Shown: positions 14,400 to 24,117 of the stretch, piece after piece
Position numbering within the stretch: the stretch's first letter is position 1
Layout: each line of letters opens with the position of its first letter
Assembly (NCBI GenBank): GCA_020630225.1
Contig: JAHDBS010000006.1
Span: 1 to 37,424 of the forward strand
Direction: 5' to 3'
DNA: 37,424 nucleotides
Source of the DNA: Anaerolineales bacterium
GTDB taxonomy: Bacteria > Chloroflexota > Anaerolineae > Anaerolineales > UBA6668
Position numbers and translations under genes: made by a program
Notes under the pieces: model-generated
What the model was told of the DNA's origin: nothing
Seen by the model: the letters and a program-made list of their open reading frames with translations, nothing else
Database searches by the model: none

Positions 14400-16337
14400 T
14401 TATTGGCCTTGGAGCTGCTCATTTTCCATAGAAGCAATAACGCGTGCGACTTCTTCAATTGCAACGCGCTGCTTGCGATAGAGGTCTGCTTCGGACACGG
14501 CCAGCTTTAAGGCCACTTCGCGCACCTTTTTGCCTTCCATGAATTTGAGCTCGAGGATGTTGTACAACAGCCAATCTGCCGTGAATTTACGATTACCAGG
14601 CGGTTTGATTTGCTCAATTGCATCTTTCAGTAGCAACCGCAATGCATTCACTGTGCTGTCGTTATTTTGGTCTGCCAATGTCTGCACAATTTCTAAACGC
14701 AGCAAGGGGCTTTCCGTCAATTTCGGCCCACCCCAGTAATGCGTTAATGCATCTTTGACCCACTTTGCTGCATCTGGGCTTTCAAGAAGCGTGTTCTGCT
14801 GAATGGCGCGACTACCAGAGTATTGCGCTGCCGCACGTAAACGTTGCAATTCATCTACTTGGACAAGCAGCGTGTCCATCGCATCAAAGACTCGCTGTTG
14901 CAAACGCATATCTTCCAATGCTGACGCAGTTTGCGCAATTAGAATTTGCAAGGTGTCGCGTTCATCTTCGGTGAATTCATCTTCATCGATGGCTGCGGCC
15001 TCAACACCCAGTACCCCGAGCACTTCTCCAGCTTCAGCCAAACCCTCTTGGTCAGACTGTGCGCGCAATGGAAACAACCAAAATGGCTCCCACTGCAACG
15101 CATGAACACCTTCAAAAATCGAAACCGGTTGTAAATCCGCAGCAATATTGTCAGCAATTGGCAACGTTTGCGCCTCTGGCATACTTTGCTGGGCACCCAG
15201 TGAGACTTCCAAACGCGCACCATCATCGTCCATCACAGCGATAAAACCATTGGAAACATGTACAACATCACAAGCTGTTGCCAACACAATTTCCAAAAAC
15301 TGCCGAATGTCACCTGACGTAAGCAGACGTTCGTTCAAGGTTCGCAAGCGCCTCAAATCTTCGCGGTCACTCGCATTGCCATAAAAGAACCAGCGTTCCA
15401 GCGTATTTCTTGAAAGCGTGAAAGCAAATTGTGGGAGCATTGCTGCAGCCACAATCAGACTAGGTAACAGTAGCGTATTGTCAAATTCAAAACGGCGGCC
15501 CGCCCAACGAATGGTGACGTAAGTCGCAACGACAAGTGATGCCACAAACGGCCCACGGTATGTCCAACGAAACAAGCGGCTTTTCAAAATGCGGTCTGGT
15601 TGCGGCGTGCCAAAGAATGAGACCGTATAGGTCAGCACAATTAGCATTGCGCCTAAGAACCCGTTTACCAACGTTGTAATGAACAAAAAGACGGTGGGTT
15701 GCGCCACAGCAATCTGACCACCTGCTACTAGCAAGTATGGAAAGACTGCCACAGGAATGGCCAGCGAAGCCATGAGCAAGTACCCCATGCGACGGCGCGT
15801 CGCACGCGTCAGACAACGCGTATAAGCGCGGTAGATATTGACTGCGCCTAATACAATTGCTGCCCCGAATGCCAACGAGAATGGCCAGAAAATAATGCCG
15901 GGCTGTAAGTACCGCACAAACAACGTAATCACGACATCCCGCACGAGGTAGTCAGAGAAAATAGCCAGACCTGCGACCGCAATACACAATGTGTAGGCAA
16001 TCCGAATGCCAATTCGGCGTCGTCCGCGCGATGGTCGGCCAGTCAATGCCAAGAGTGCGTCTGATAAATGTAAATAGGTTGCCGGAATACCTGCAAGGCC
16101 TACCATTTGAACCTTCAGCCAAAAATTGATTTCAGGAGCTGTCTGTAAGACTGTGGCAGCAATGTCACCGAGGTACGTCACAAATACGCAGCTTAGCAAC
16201 AAGCTGAAAGACCGCGCAGCGCGATCGCGTAAATTAAATGTGAGGGTATACAACAGGAGAGACCCTGCTGTAATCAACACAGCTACGGAAATAATCTCAT
16301 TGAAGAGCGTAACCGCGTTGCTGAGAATTTCAAGCAT
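14400..16337 (-). CDS. Multi-pass membrane sensor (HisKA_7TM-like N-terminus) with GAF-like domain and C-terminal HTH; putative one-component regulator
   Basis: About 9 hydrophobic segments in the first ~310 aa; GAF-like region (FPLR...GEVLGVLGV...FTEDERDTLQILIAQTASALED); C-terminal sigma4/LuxR-like HTH (ILELKFMEGKKVREVALKLAVSEADLYRKQR). No H-box or HATPase motifs seen. Confidence 0.7.
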   Translation of the reverse strand: MLEILSNAVTLFNEIISVAVLITAGSLLLYTLTFNLRDRAARSFSLLLSCVFVTYLGDIAATVLQTAPEINFWLKVQMVGLAGIPATYLHLSDALLALTGRPSRGRRRIGIRIAYTLCIAVAGLAIFSDYLVRDVVITLFVRYLQPGIIFWPFSLAFGAAIVLGAVNIYRAYTRCLTRATRRRMGYLLMASLAIPVAVFPYLLVAGGQIAVAQPTVFLFITTLVNGFLGAMLIVLTYTVSFFGTPQPDRILKSRLFRWTYRGPFVASLVVATYVTIRWAGRRFEFDNTLLLPSLIVAAAMLPQFAFTLSRNTLERWFFYGNASDREDLRRLRTLNERLLTSGDIRQFLEIVLATACDVVHVSNGFIAVMDDDGARLEVSLGAQQSMPEAQTLPIADNIAADLQPVSIFEGVHALQWEPFWLFPLRAQSDQEGLAEAGEVLGVLGVEAAAIDEDEFTEDERDTLQILIAQTASALEDMRLQQRVFDAMDTLLVQVDELQRLRAAAQYSGSRAIQQNTLLESPDAAKWVKDALTHYWGGPKLTESPLLRLEIVQTLADQNNDSTVNALRLLLKDAIEQIKPPGNRKFTADWLLYNILELKFMEGKKVREVALKLAVSEADLYRKQRVAIEEVARVIASMENEQLQGQ

Positions 16338-16399
16338 CTAAGATGAGTGTGAGTTGTAAGTTAGGGAACCTCGCCGTGACATATCGGCGACTACCCTAG

Positions 16400-16951
16400 C
16401 TAGAGCGACAGCATGAAGTACAACGCAATGTCATTGTTGAGGTAGTAGCGTTCGTTGTAACCACTATGAACAAAGCCATGCTTTCGCAAAAAATTGATTC
16501 CGGGGTCGTTTTTCGTTTGAACTTCTGCCATGACACGTAAAGCATGGTTTTGGGAAGCCCAGTCTAAGCAGCCGTGCATTAGGGCGGTCCCCACACCTTG
16601 GCGACGATGATATTTCGTGACTACACAGTCCGCCAGGTGCAATACACCCGGTAAGGGGCTGTAATCCAGCGCAATGTACCCTTCGATGGTGTTTTCAACT
16701 TCTGCCACAATTAACACAGCGAAACGCTTCCAGTCTTTTAGGGTAACTTCAGGATCTCGCGGGAAGTTCACCCGCATTGTGCGGGGTAAGCGAATACTGC
16801 GGAAGTTGATATTTGCACTGCGGTCTTCCTCGCGAATATCCATTTGCCACACGTAGTCAGTCGTGTAGCCATGATCAAAGCGCATGAGGAGCGGCACGTC
16901 TTTTGAACGCGCAGCACGCAGGGTAATTTGGCTTTTCTTGTTGGGCAGCAT
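16400..16951 (-). CDS. GNAT family N-acetyltransferase
   Basis: Motif A VVTKYHRRQGVGTALM; motif B EVQTKNDPGINFLRKHGF; GYNERYY. Confidence 0.9.
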   Translation of the reverse strand: MLPNKKSQITLRAARSKDVPLLMRFDHGYTTDYVWQMDIREEDRSANINFRSIRLPRTMRVNFPRDPEVTLKDWKRFAVLIVAEVENTIEGYIALDYSPLPGVLHLADCVVTKYHRRQGVGTALMHGCLDWASQNHALRVMAEVQTKNDPGINFLRKHGFVHSGYNERYYLNNDIALYFMLSL

Positions 16952-17010
16952 GGTAAAACAGTAGCAGAAGTTGAGCGTTGGGTCTAGCGTTTTTTAGAAA
17001 ACTCAAACCA

Positions 17011-17736
17011 TTATTGGCCCGGTTGTCCACCAATTGTGATTGGAATGATGCAAGGTTCTGGGGCGCCACCGCTACTGTCAAACACGGTTAAACGGAATGC
17101 GTAGTTACCCGGATCTTGCAGGTCAGCATTCCAAGAACCCATGGGCCCACCATCTACTTCAGTAGATTCATTGCCCGTGTAAACAGTCAGCCAGTTTTCC
17201 CCAAGCGTTGAAAGCTCCAAAATGTAAAACGCGAAGTTATCAATATTGGCGATACCTTGCACTTCTACGACCCCTGACACAATAGCCCCTGCTAACGGGC
17301 TGGTAAGCGTTGCTTTTTCATTATCACAGCCAGGAGTGGCATCCACGACAGGCGTTGGACTTGGCACTGGCGTTGGAGTCTCTTGAATAACTGCCGTTGG
17401 TTCTCCGGGTAACCTAACAACAACTTCGGTTGGTTCAATTGTGGGGGTTGGAGATGGCAGTGCCGTGGGATAAGCACCTGATAACCCTAAGACATCAATT
17501 GCGGCTGGGGTTGTTGCGATCCAAAATGCCGAAATGCAGGATAGGCTAATCAAGACTGCAGACAACGCCACCGCTCGATTTGATGCCGCTGTTTCACGCT
17601 CAAGACCATAGGCGCTAGCAGAGTAACGTCTAGCCCAATGGAAAAGTCCACGGAGATACCAAAGCCCAACTGCGGCTAAGATCCCCATGACATAGTAACG
17701 ATATACGATTACGATGCGTAAAAGTTGTTCAGCCAA
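17011..17736 (-). CDS. Membrane protein with Pro/Thr linker and C-terminal Ig-like beta-sandwich domain
   Basis: Two N-terminal TM helices, PT-rich spacer, then a Cys-bracketed domain (C...LTSP..GA.VSG.VEV.G.ANI.NF.FY.LE...W...PG.Y.FRLTVFD...PC). TTG start, exact start uncertain. Confidence 0.65.
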   Translation of the reverse strand: MAEQLLRIVIVYRYYVMGILAAVGLWYLRGLFHWARRYSASAYGLERETAASNRAVALSAVLISLSCISAFWIATTPAAIDVLGLSGAYPTALPSPTPTIEPTEVVVRLPGEPTAVIQETPTPVPSPTPVVDATPGCDNEKATLTSPLAGAIVSGVVEVQGIANIDNFAFYILELSTLGENWLTVYTGNESTEVDGGPMGSWNADLQDPGNYAFRLTVFDSSGGAPEPCIIPITIGGQPGQ

Positions 17737-17796
17737 TCGTTACCTCAACGCGTAATAAATAGACTACGGAAACAGAACCAACATCCGTTTGACTGA

Positions 17797-18633
17797 CTAT
17801 AGCCGCGGCAACAGCGTTTGCAACAGCTTCATTAGATTTGGAGCAATGACTTTGCCAGCCTCAATCACTTCTTCATGATTTGGCACATCACCATCGCCAA
17901 TATTACAAATATTGGTCACACCAGAGAATCCCAATACACGCATCCCTGCGTGCACAGCCGTTACTACTTCATGTGTGGTGGACATCCCAACTGCATCAGC
18001 GCCAACGGCTTGCAAAAAGCGAATTTCTGCAATGGTTTCATAGGTCGGGCCAGAAAGCGCCATGTACACCCCAGACTGCATGCCAAGCTCCAACTCCGCC
18101 GCGACATCACGCGCTAATTGCTTCAAGTCCGGATCATAAGCAAAGGTCATACTCGGAAAGCGTGGTCCAAATTCTGATAAGTTTGGCCCAAACAATGGGT
18201 TTTGCCCAATCATTCCTGGCAGGTTGATGTGATCATCAATCAACATAATATCGCCAACTGAAAAACTTTGGTTGACGCCACCCGCCGCATTGGTGATGAT
18301 CATCGTCTCCACACCCAGCAACTTCATTACGCGCACAGGTAGCCCAACCTGTTGCATGGTGTAGCCTTCGTAAAAGTGCGACCGGCCCTGCATCACAATA
18401 ACGTCATGCCCTGCCAGCTGACCAATCACTAGGCGCCCAGAATGTCCTTCAACTGTAGACACAGGCCAATGTGGCAAATCGTTATAGGAAATGTAGGTGA
18501 CATTTTCAACGGCTTCCGCCAATGGTCCAAGCCCAGACCCTAGGATCATCCCGATTTTAGGCGCGATGTCAGTGCGTGCTTGAATAGCGGCGACTGTCTC
18601 TTGATAGTCAGCCATAGTGAAATAAGTTGTCAT
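17797..18633 (-). CDS. punA: Purine-nucleoside phosphorylase (trimeric PunA/XapA type)
   Basis: ILGSGLG, STVEGH.G, MQGR.H.YEGY, TNAAGG.N, DHIN, GP.YET.AE, GADAVGMST..E, NHEEV. Confidence 0.93.
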   Translation of the reverse strand: MTTYFTMADYQETVAAIQARTDIAPKIGMILGSGLGPLAEAVENVTYISYNDLPHWPVSTVEGHSGRLVIGQLAGHDVIVMQGRSHFYEGYTMQQVGLPVRVMKLLGVETMIITNAAGGVNQSFSVGDIMLIDDHINLPGMIGQNPLFGPNLSEFGPRFPSMTFAYDPDLKQLARDVAAELELGMQSGVYMALSGPTYETIAEIRFLQAVGADAVGMSTTHEVVTAVHAGMRVLGFSGVTNICNIGDGDVPNHEEVIEAGKVIAPNLMKLLQTLLPRL

Positions 18634-18634
18634 A

Positions 18635-19147
18635 TTAGTTGTCCTGTTGTTTTCGCGCGAAGGCTTGCGTGCGCGAGATCACGAGTCCAAGCGTGGTCAT
18701 CAGCACTGCAACAACCCCAACAATGGCCCAAAAACTTAGTTGAATTATAACGAGTTGCGCTATTCCAATCAGCCCAATGCTGATGATGCTGACCAAGCCC
18801 ACATAACGAAGATGGTGTAGAACCTCTGCGCGCTGCGGCTGTCGCTCATACCGTTGTAGAAAGCTGGCGAGATCCCAAGTCAAAATCGCAGCGCCACCAG
18901 CTACTAAAGGCAACCAAAACTCAAGCCGAAATGCCACTGCCGCAGCCATCAGACAAATAAACAGCAGCAGACAAGTATCAGTAAGCCAGCCGCGCTGCCG
19001 CCACAAGCTAAAGCCCCACAACACGGCTAGGCCAATTACAACCGCAACGCCCCAAGGAAAGTCTGCCAATAAAAAGACAGTTACGCCTAAGGCAGTCGTA
19101 ATTGCCAATGGCACCCAGAAAAGGCCAATCGTTAATCGGTTCAGCAT
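18635..19147 (-). CDS. Hypothetical integral membrane protein (about 6 TM)
   Basis: Highly hydrophobic 170-aa ORF tightly coupled to the DUF58 gene and punA; contains an LTWDL motif. Confidence 0.75.
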   Translation of the reverse strand: MLNRLTIGLFWVPLAITTALGVTVFLLADFPWGVAVVIGLAVLWGFSLWRQRGWLTDTCLLLFICLMAAAVAFRLEFWLPLVAGGAAILTWDLASFLQRYERQPQRAEVLHHLRYVGLVSIISIGLIGIAQLVIIQLSFWAIVGVVAVLMTTLGLVISRTQAFARKQQDN

Positions 19148-19150
19148 GCG

Positions 19151-20410
19151 TTATCGAACCACCCGTTGATAGCGCCGTAACGTGTGCGCTAGCGGTTCAG
19201 CAATGTCCCAATCAATCACATCTGCCCCAGCATTACGCATCTGGCGCAAGAGGAGCTTGCGCTCTAGGCGTGCTAAAGCTTCACCCTGTGAGTTAATGTC
19301 TAGCTCCAAAAATTGTTTTTCATAGCTAATGGGATTAGGAGACACCACAAGCACGTTATAGCCCATCCCTTTGAGACGCAAGACCATGTCAATATCGTCT
19401 TTCCAAACGGGGCTGATGAAGACCAATTGCGAGTGGCGCGGAAACAACTGGGTCGGAATATTACGCAGGTTGTCAAAAACTTGGCTGTCACCAGATTTTG
19501 CACCCGCTAAATCTTGCAAAATACGCAAACGCTGCTGCTTGCCATATCCCGGAAATGTCCAACTGATAAGCCGTCCATACTGCAACAAGCCAACCCGATT
19601 GCCGGCTTCACTATATGCATTTGCTAATGCACCAGCGGCTTGGACACCATAGTCAAACAAGGTTGCATCGCCAAATTTGAACTCACTACGCTCACGCGCA
19701 TCTAAGATAATGCCAACGTCCGCGACGCGTTCTTGTTCAAACGCATTGGTATACATCCGTTGAGTTCCTTTAGAGCTCAAGCGCCAATTGATATGACGAC
19801 GGCTATCCCCCGGTTGAAAGTCACGCACACCAAAGAATTCAACACCAGATCCTGGCGTACGTGCCCGAATATTGCCCGCATATACCAACGTATTCCGCGG
19901 ACGAATAGCAGGTGCGTCTACTTGCTCAATCTTTGGTTCGACTGTCAAATGGACAGGCAACTCATGCTGCTCTTCTCGAATAATCAAGCCAAGCGGGTCT
20001 GTATAACGAATACGGACGTTTTTAGGTTCTGCTCGCCCCCTACCCGGCTTGATGGTGTACTTCAGCGTTTGCGTTTGACCCGCAAACAACGTCCCTGCCC
20101 ATGCAGTCTCGCCTTGCACAATGGTGTGATCTATTGCGAGTTCATCTTGAACACTAAAATTCGCTAGCGTACTGCCACGATTTTTGACACTTACATAAAT
20201 GTCTACCGCTTCCCCAACAGAGATCCGAGAGCGGGACATTTCACGCTCAAGATCGAGCTGCGGTTCAGGGTCATAAAAGAAAATGCTGCCTAGCAAATAG
20301 GCCAACAGTGGCAATACGAATAGCAATATCTTGCCTTGCAATGAGGCAAATGACATTAGCACAAGAAGGGAGATGAGCACTCCCAGTAGAAATAAACGGC
20401 GGGTCAGCAA
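19151..20410 (-). CDS. DUF58 domain protein (MoxR partner)
   Basis: N-terminal TM pair, Ig-like part (DPLGL), GSG.EF..VR.FQPGD..R.INW..S, ILDAR; adjacent to moxR. TTG start. Confidence 0.9.
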   Translation of the reverse strand: MLTRRLFLLGVLISLLVLMSFASLQGKILLFVLPLLAYLLGSIFFYDPEPQLDLEREMSRSRISVGEAVDIYVSVKNRGSTLANFSVQDELAIDHTIVQGETAWAGTLFAGQTQTLKYTIKPGRGRAEPKNVRIRYTDPLGLIIREEQHELPVHLTVEPKIEQVDAPAIRPRNTLVYAGNIRARTPGSGVEFFGVRDFQPGDSRRHINWRLSSKGTQRMYTNAFEQERVADVGIILDARERSEFKFGDATLFDYGVQAAGALANAYSEAGNRVGLLQYGRLISWTFPGYGKQQRLRILQDLAGAKSGDSQVFDNLRNIPTQLFPRHSQLVFISPVWKDDIDMVLRLKGMGYNVLVVSPNPISYEKQFLELDINSQGEALARLERKLLLRQMRNAGADVIDWDIAEPLAHTLRRYQRVVR

Positions 20411-20427
20411 CTGACGAAACCGAGAGG

Positions 20428-21384
20428 TTAGTTATTCAAGACCGGTACAGCCACAGACTGGATTGCATCTTCAACCACGGCTTGCGCGGCGTTTTTACGC
20501 ATCCAGAAATCAGGCTCCAATACAATGCGATGCGCTAACGCATCCACTGCATAATGCTTGATGTCGTCTGGCACAACATAGTCGCGGCCATTCAACGCAG
20601 CATGCGCACGAGCCAGCTTCAATAATGCCAGCGACCCACGCGGGCTAGCGCCCACCACAGTACGGCGATCAGCACGTGTCGCAGTCACAAGTTCGACAAT
20701 ATAGCGCTCTAGGTCCGGATCAATGTGTACACTTTCAACTAAGGCTTGCAGCGCAGTAAAGTCTGTGACGCTTGAACACTGTTCTAACGTAAACGTATCT
20801 TGCTGACGGTTTACCCGTCCGTGCAAAATAGCAACTTCATCATCTAGGGTTGGATAACCGACAGACAGCTTGATTAGGAAGCGGTCTAACTGCGCCTCAG
20901 GCAATGGGAACGTGCCTTCATACTCCACAGGGTTTTGCGTCGCGATGACTAAGAATGGCTTCGGTAATGGATACGTTTCTGTTTCCAACGTTACCTGCTT
21001 TTCTTGCATCGCTTCTAGCAACGCAGATTGCGTTTTAGGTGCAGCACGATTGATTTCATCTGCCAGCACAATATTCGCAAACACCGGACCTTGGCGCAGC
21101 ACAAATGCATTTTCATTACGATCAAACACATAACCACCAGTAATATCACCAGGTAAAAGATCTGGCGTAAACTGAATGCGTTTGAACGAGGCACCTAAGA
21201 CCGTTGCCAAGCTATTGGCTAACAATGTCTTTCCAAGCCCCGGCAAGTCTTCTAGAAGCACATGACCGTCTGCTAAAAATGCAGCCAGCACTTTTTGAAT
21301 GACGGCATTTTTGCCCACAATGGCTTTTGAGACTTCAGCCGTAATGGTTTTTCCAAATTCAGCAACGGGTTGTATAGCAGTCAT
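20428..21384 (-). CDS. moxR: MoxR-family AAA+ ATPase (MRP subfamily)
   Basis: GHVLLED.PG.GKT, RIQFTPDLLP.DITG, LADEINRA.PKTQSALLEAMQE, ATQNP.E.EGTFPLPEAQLDRF, GASPR. Confidence 0.93.
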   Translation of the reverse strand: MTAIQPVAEFGKTITAEVSKAIVGKNAVIQKVLAAFLADGHVLLEDLPGLGKTLLANSLATVLGASFKRIQFTPDLLPGDITGGYVFDRNENAFVLRQGPVFANIVLADEINRAAPKTQSALLEAMQEKQVTLETETYPLPKPFLVIATQNPVEYEGTFPLPEAQLDRFLIKLSVGYPTLDDEVAILHGRVNRQQDTFTLEQCSSVTDFTALQALVESVHIDPDLERYIVELVTATRADRRTVVGASPRGSLALLKLARAHAALNGRDYVVPDDIKHYAVDALAHRIVLEPDFWMRKNAAQAVVEDAIQSVAVPVLNN

Positions 21385-21410
21385 TTTTAATGCGTGATGA
21401 GGGTAAAGAA

Positions 21411-22022
21411 TTAGTAAAGCGTGTCTAAATACGCCGTGATTGTAGCAATATCAGCTTCAGACAGATTTGCTTTTGCGTTACGAGATCGTGCTAAGCCTGC
21501 ATTGAGACGTGCCTGTACGTCCTTTGGTAAGTCTAACTTGGCGTTAGCGATATATTTTTTGGCGTCATTGATAGAAATCTGCTCATGTTGCGCAACGGTG
21601 TCTACCACCAGCGTAGCCACCGCACTTGCTAAGCGCCATTCGGAATATGTCCCCCGCCCAGAGTTATCAAAGTGTTGTTGCCAACTACCTAACGGACCGC
21701 CGAGGTCAATATTGTAGTCAATGTCAGTTGTCTGAATGCTTGGTACAAAGTAAAGCGCCGCTCCAAAGGCGACGGCGCATGCCATAACCAGCAAGATCCA
21801 AACAACAGGTTGAGGCAAGTAGTTGAAAGCCTGCAAGGATGACCAAGAAATGGTTAGTACAGGCCCCATCACATTACGTAATGTTGGCAACATTGCGTCC
21901 CGAATAGGCGGGATCAAATACAGCACTGCAATCAGGGCACAAAGACAAATAAGAAACGTCCGGATACGCCGAAGTATCCGTTGACGTTGTGTCACCTCTG
22001 TCTTTGCAGTGCGATTGAACAT
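21411..22022 (-). CDS. Hypothetical membrane protein, first gene of the moxR operon
   Basis: 203-aa ORF with two or three hydrophobic helices, 26 nt upstream of moxR. Confidence 0.7.
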   Translation of the reverse strand: MFNRTAKTEVTQRQRILRRIRTFLICLCALIAVLYLIPPIRDAMLPTLRNVMGPVLTISWSSLQAFNYLPQPVVWILLVMACAVAFGAALYFVPSIQTTDIDYNIDLGGPLGSWQQHFDNSGRGTYSEWRLASAVATLVVDTVAQHEQISINDAKKYIANAKLDLPKDVQARLNAGLARSRNAKANLSEADIATITAYLDTLY

Positions 22023-22028
22023 ACTATG

Positions 22029-22034
22029 ATTATA
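22029..22034 (-). promoter_or_regulatory. -10 element of a probable leaderless transcript
   Basis: Perfect TATAAT followed by 6 nt (CATAGT) and then the ATG at 22022; no SD sequence. Confidence 0.55.
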
Positions 22035-22043
22035 CGCGGTAAC

Positions 22044-22078
22044 AAAAACGCGCAGATGTAATTCATCTGCGCGTTTTT
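22044..22078. terminator. Bidirectional intrinsic terminator after rpoD
   Basis: Perfect 15-bp inverted repeat AAAAACGCGCAGATG-TAATT-CATCTGCGCGTTTTT. Confidence 0.88.
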
Positions 22079-22139
22079 CGTATGATTATTGGGTTATGTC
22101 TAACTACCCGACAGAGATTGCTCTGCTGTTTCGTTCTTT

Positions 22140-23789
22140 TTAGCCTAGGTAGTCACGTAGTTGGCGGCTACGGGTTGGGTGACGTAGTTTACGCAGCGCT
22201 TTCGCTTCAATTTGGCGAATACGTTCACGCGTAACTTCAAAATGCCGCCCTACTTCTTCTAGCGTGTGATCTTTACCATCACGCAGACCAAAGCGGAGTT
22301 CGAGCACTTCGCGTTCGCGGTCAGTTAAGACGCTGAGTGCATCTTTCACCTGTGTTTTGAGCAGTTCACGATTAGCAGAATCTGCTGGCACTGGCGCGTT
22401 ATCATCTGGGATAAATTCACCTAGCTGACTGCTGTCTTCTGAGCCTACTGGTGACTCAAGTGACATTGGTTCTTGCGCAATACGCAAAATCTTGCGCACC
22501 TTATTCGCACCACGGTTCAAAGAACGTGACAGTTCTTCTGGCATTGGCGCTTCATCTTTCAGCAGCTTGCGAATTTCATCAACCTGATCTGCTGGGATCA
22601 TGTCCATGTCAAGCGCAATTTCTTCCGGTGTTGGGTCACGCCCTAGCGTTTGCACCAACCCACGCTGAATGCGCATTAGACGGTTGATTGTTTCAACCAT
22701 GTGCACTGGAATACGAATAGTCCGTGCTTGATCTGCAATTGCGCGGCTGATTGCTTGGCGAATCCACCAAGTGGCATAAGTACTAAATTTGTAACCACGC
22801 GTTGGATCAAATTTTTCAACTGCTCGCAACAGCCCAATATTCCCTTCTTGAATAAGATCCAAGAAGTTGATACCACGGCCAATATAGCGCTTCGCGACAC
22901 TAACTACCAACCGCAGGTTGGCGCGAATGAGTGCTTTTGACGCCTCTTCAGCTCGGAATTCAATCAGTGCAAAATCATCTTGAATATCGGCTTCGGCTGG
23001 GATTAGCGGTGCAATATCAGCCGCTGTTGCCAAGGTGTTCTTAGCAGACTGCGTTTTGAGAATTTCGCGCTGCAAAGAAGATGGTAATGAATAGTAGTTA
23101 CGGTAAATTGCAAAGAGCTGCTCCGCAACAACGTTCCATGTTTTGTCTGAACCCCAACGACCAGTATCTAGCCAGCCACGCACATAGGATTTCCCGTCTG
23201 CGTCCCAATGCCGGCGCAAGTCCATTGCATCGAGCCAGACTTGGCGCAATTCTGGTGGCTCAACCTCAAATTTAGGGACTTCTTCTAACAGAGTCTCCCA
23301 AGCTTTTTCAGTTTGGCTCCAAAGCGTCAAGATGACATCTTGCGGATCTAACCCTAGCTCACCGGTTAATTCAGTAATGTGATCTTGAGCGTCAATAGCA
23401 GTCGACAACCAAAATTCTTGAGTCGATTTCAGCAGCTTGACCCGCCCGATTTCCTTCAGGTACATCCGCACCGGGTCATCGGCAAGCTCAAACTGCAATT
23501 GACGGCCAGAGCCATCTTCATCGTCGTCATCTGCAGCATCGTCAGCTTTCTTTGGCTTGCGACCACGCTTAGATGTTTTCGGAGCTGCTTTTTCAGCCTG
23601 AGCAGTCTCTTCTTCGTCTAACAACGATCCAATGTCTTCTTCTTCCTCAACCTCTTCATCAACTAATTCATCCTCATCAGGAGATAAGTCGTCTAATTGC
23701 GTTTGTTTTGCACGCAATTCAGAAGTTTGCAAGATTTGGTTGACGATCCGAGTAGTTTCGTCGTTTTCTGGTTTCGTGAGTTTTGCCAT
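22140..23789 (-). CDS. rpoD: Primary RNA polymerase sigma factor RpoD/SigA
   Basis: Acidic N-terminus, [12 protein letters not shown] (region 1.2), [95 protein letters not shown]; follows dnaG. Confidence 0.97.
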   Translation of the reverse strand: MAKLTKPENDETTRIVNQILQTSELRAKQTQLDDLSPDEDELVDEEVEEEEDIGSLLDEEETAQAEKAAPKTSKRGRKPKKADDAADDDDEDGSGRQLQFELADDPVRMYLKEIGRVKLLKSTQEFWLSTAIDAQDHITELTGELGLDPQDVILTLWSQTEKAWETLLEEVPKFEVEPPELRQVWLDAMDLRRHWDADGKSYVRGWLDTGRWGSDKTWNVVAEQLFAIYRNYYSLPSSLQREILKTQSAKNTLATAADIAPLIPAEADIQDDFALIEFRAEEASKALIRANLRLVVSVAKRYIGRGINFLDLIQEGNIGLLRAVEKFDPTRGYKFSTYATWWIRQAISRAIADQARTIRIPVHMVETINRLMRIQRGLVQTLGRDPTPEEIALDMDMIPADQVDEIRKLLKDEAPMPEELSRSLNRGANKVRKILRIAQEPMSLESPVGSEDSSQLGEFIPDDNAPVPADSANRELLKTQVKDALSVLTDREREVLELRFGLRDGKDHTLEEVGRHFEVTRERIRQIEAKALRKLRHPTRSRQLRDYLG

Positions 23790-23972
23790 TCGCTACACTA
23801 ATACACGCACAATCAACTTTCGCTGTGTACGTAGAGTTACTATCAACTTTTCTAGAAAGACAATGGAGTGTCTTGGTGGACCTGATCCCTAATCAGGCTA
23901 TTGTGCATCTATTATGCCTGTTTCACATCAGCGCAGTATTAGCGCGCGTATGAGGAGTCGGCTGAACTTACA

Positions 23973-24000
23973 ATCATAGTGCTTTCGTACGATTTGGCAA
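23973..24000 (-). promoter_or_regulatory. Putative internal promoter for rpoD
   Basis: Minus strand TTGCCA-N16-TATGAT in the 328-nt dnaG-rpoD gap. Confidence 0.5.
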
Positions 24001-24117
24001 GTAAAACGTGTGGAGTTTTATCAAATCTAGTAACCCATTCGCAGCAATTGCCACCCATGCGGTTACGTGCCAACAATCGTGTCGTATTAACGTTGTGTCC
24101 GTCTGATTTACAGCATA

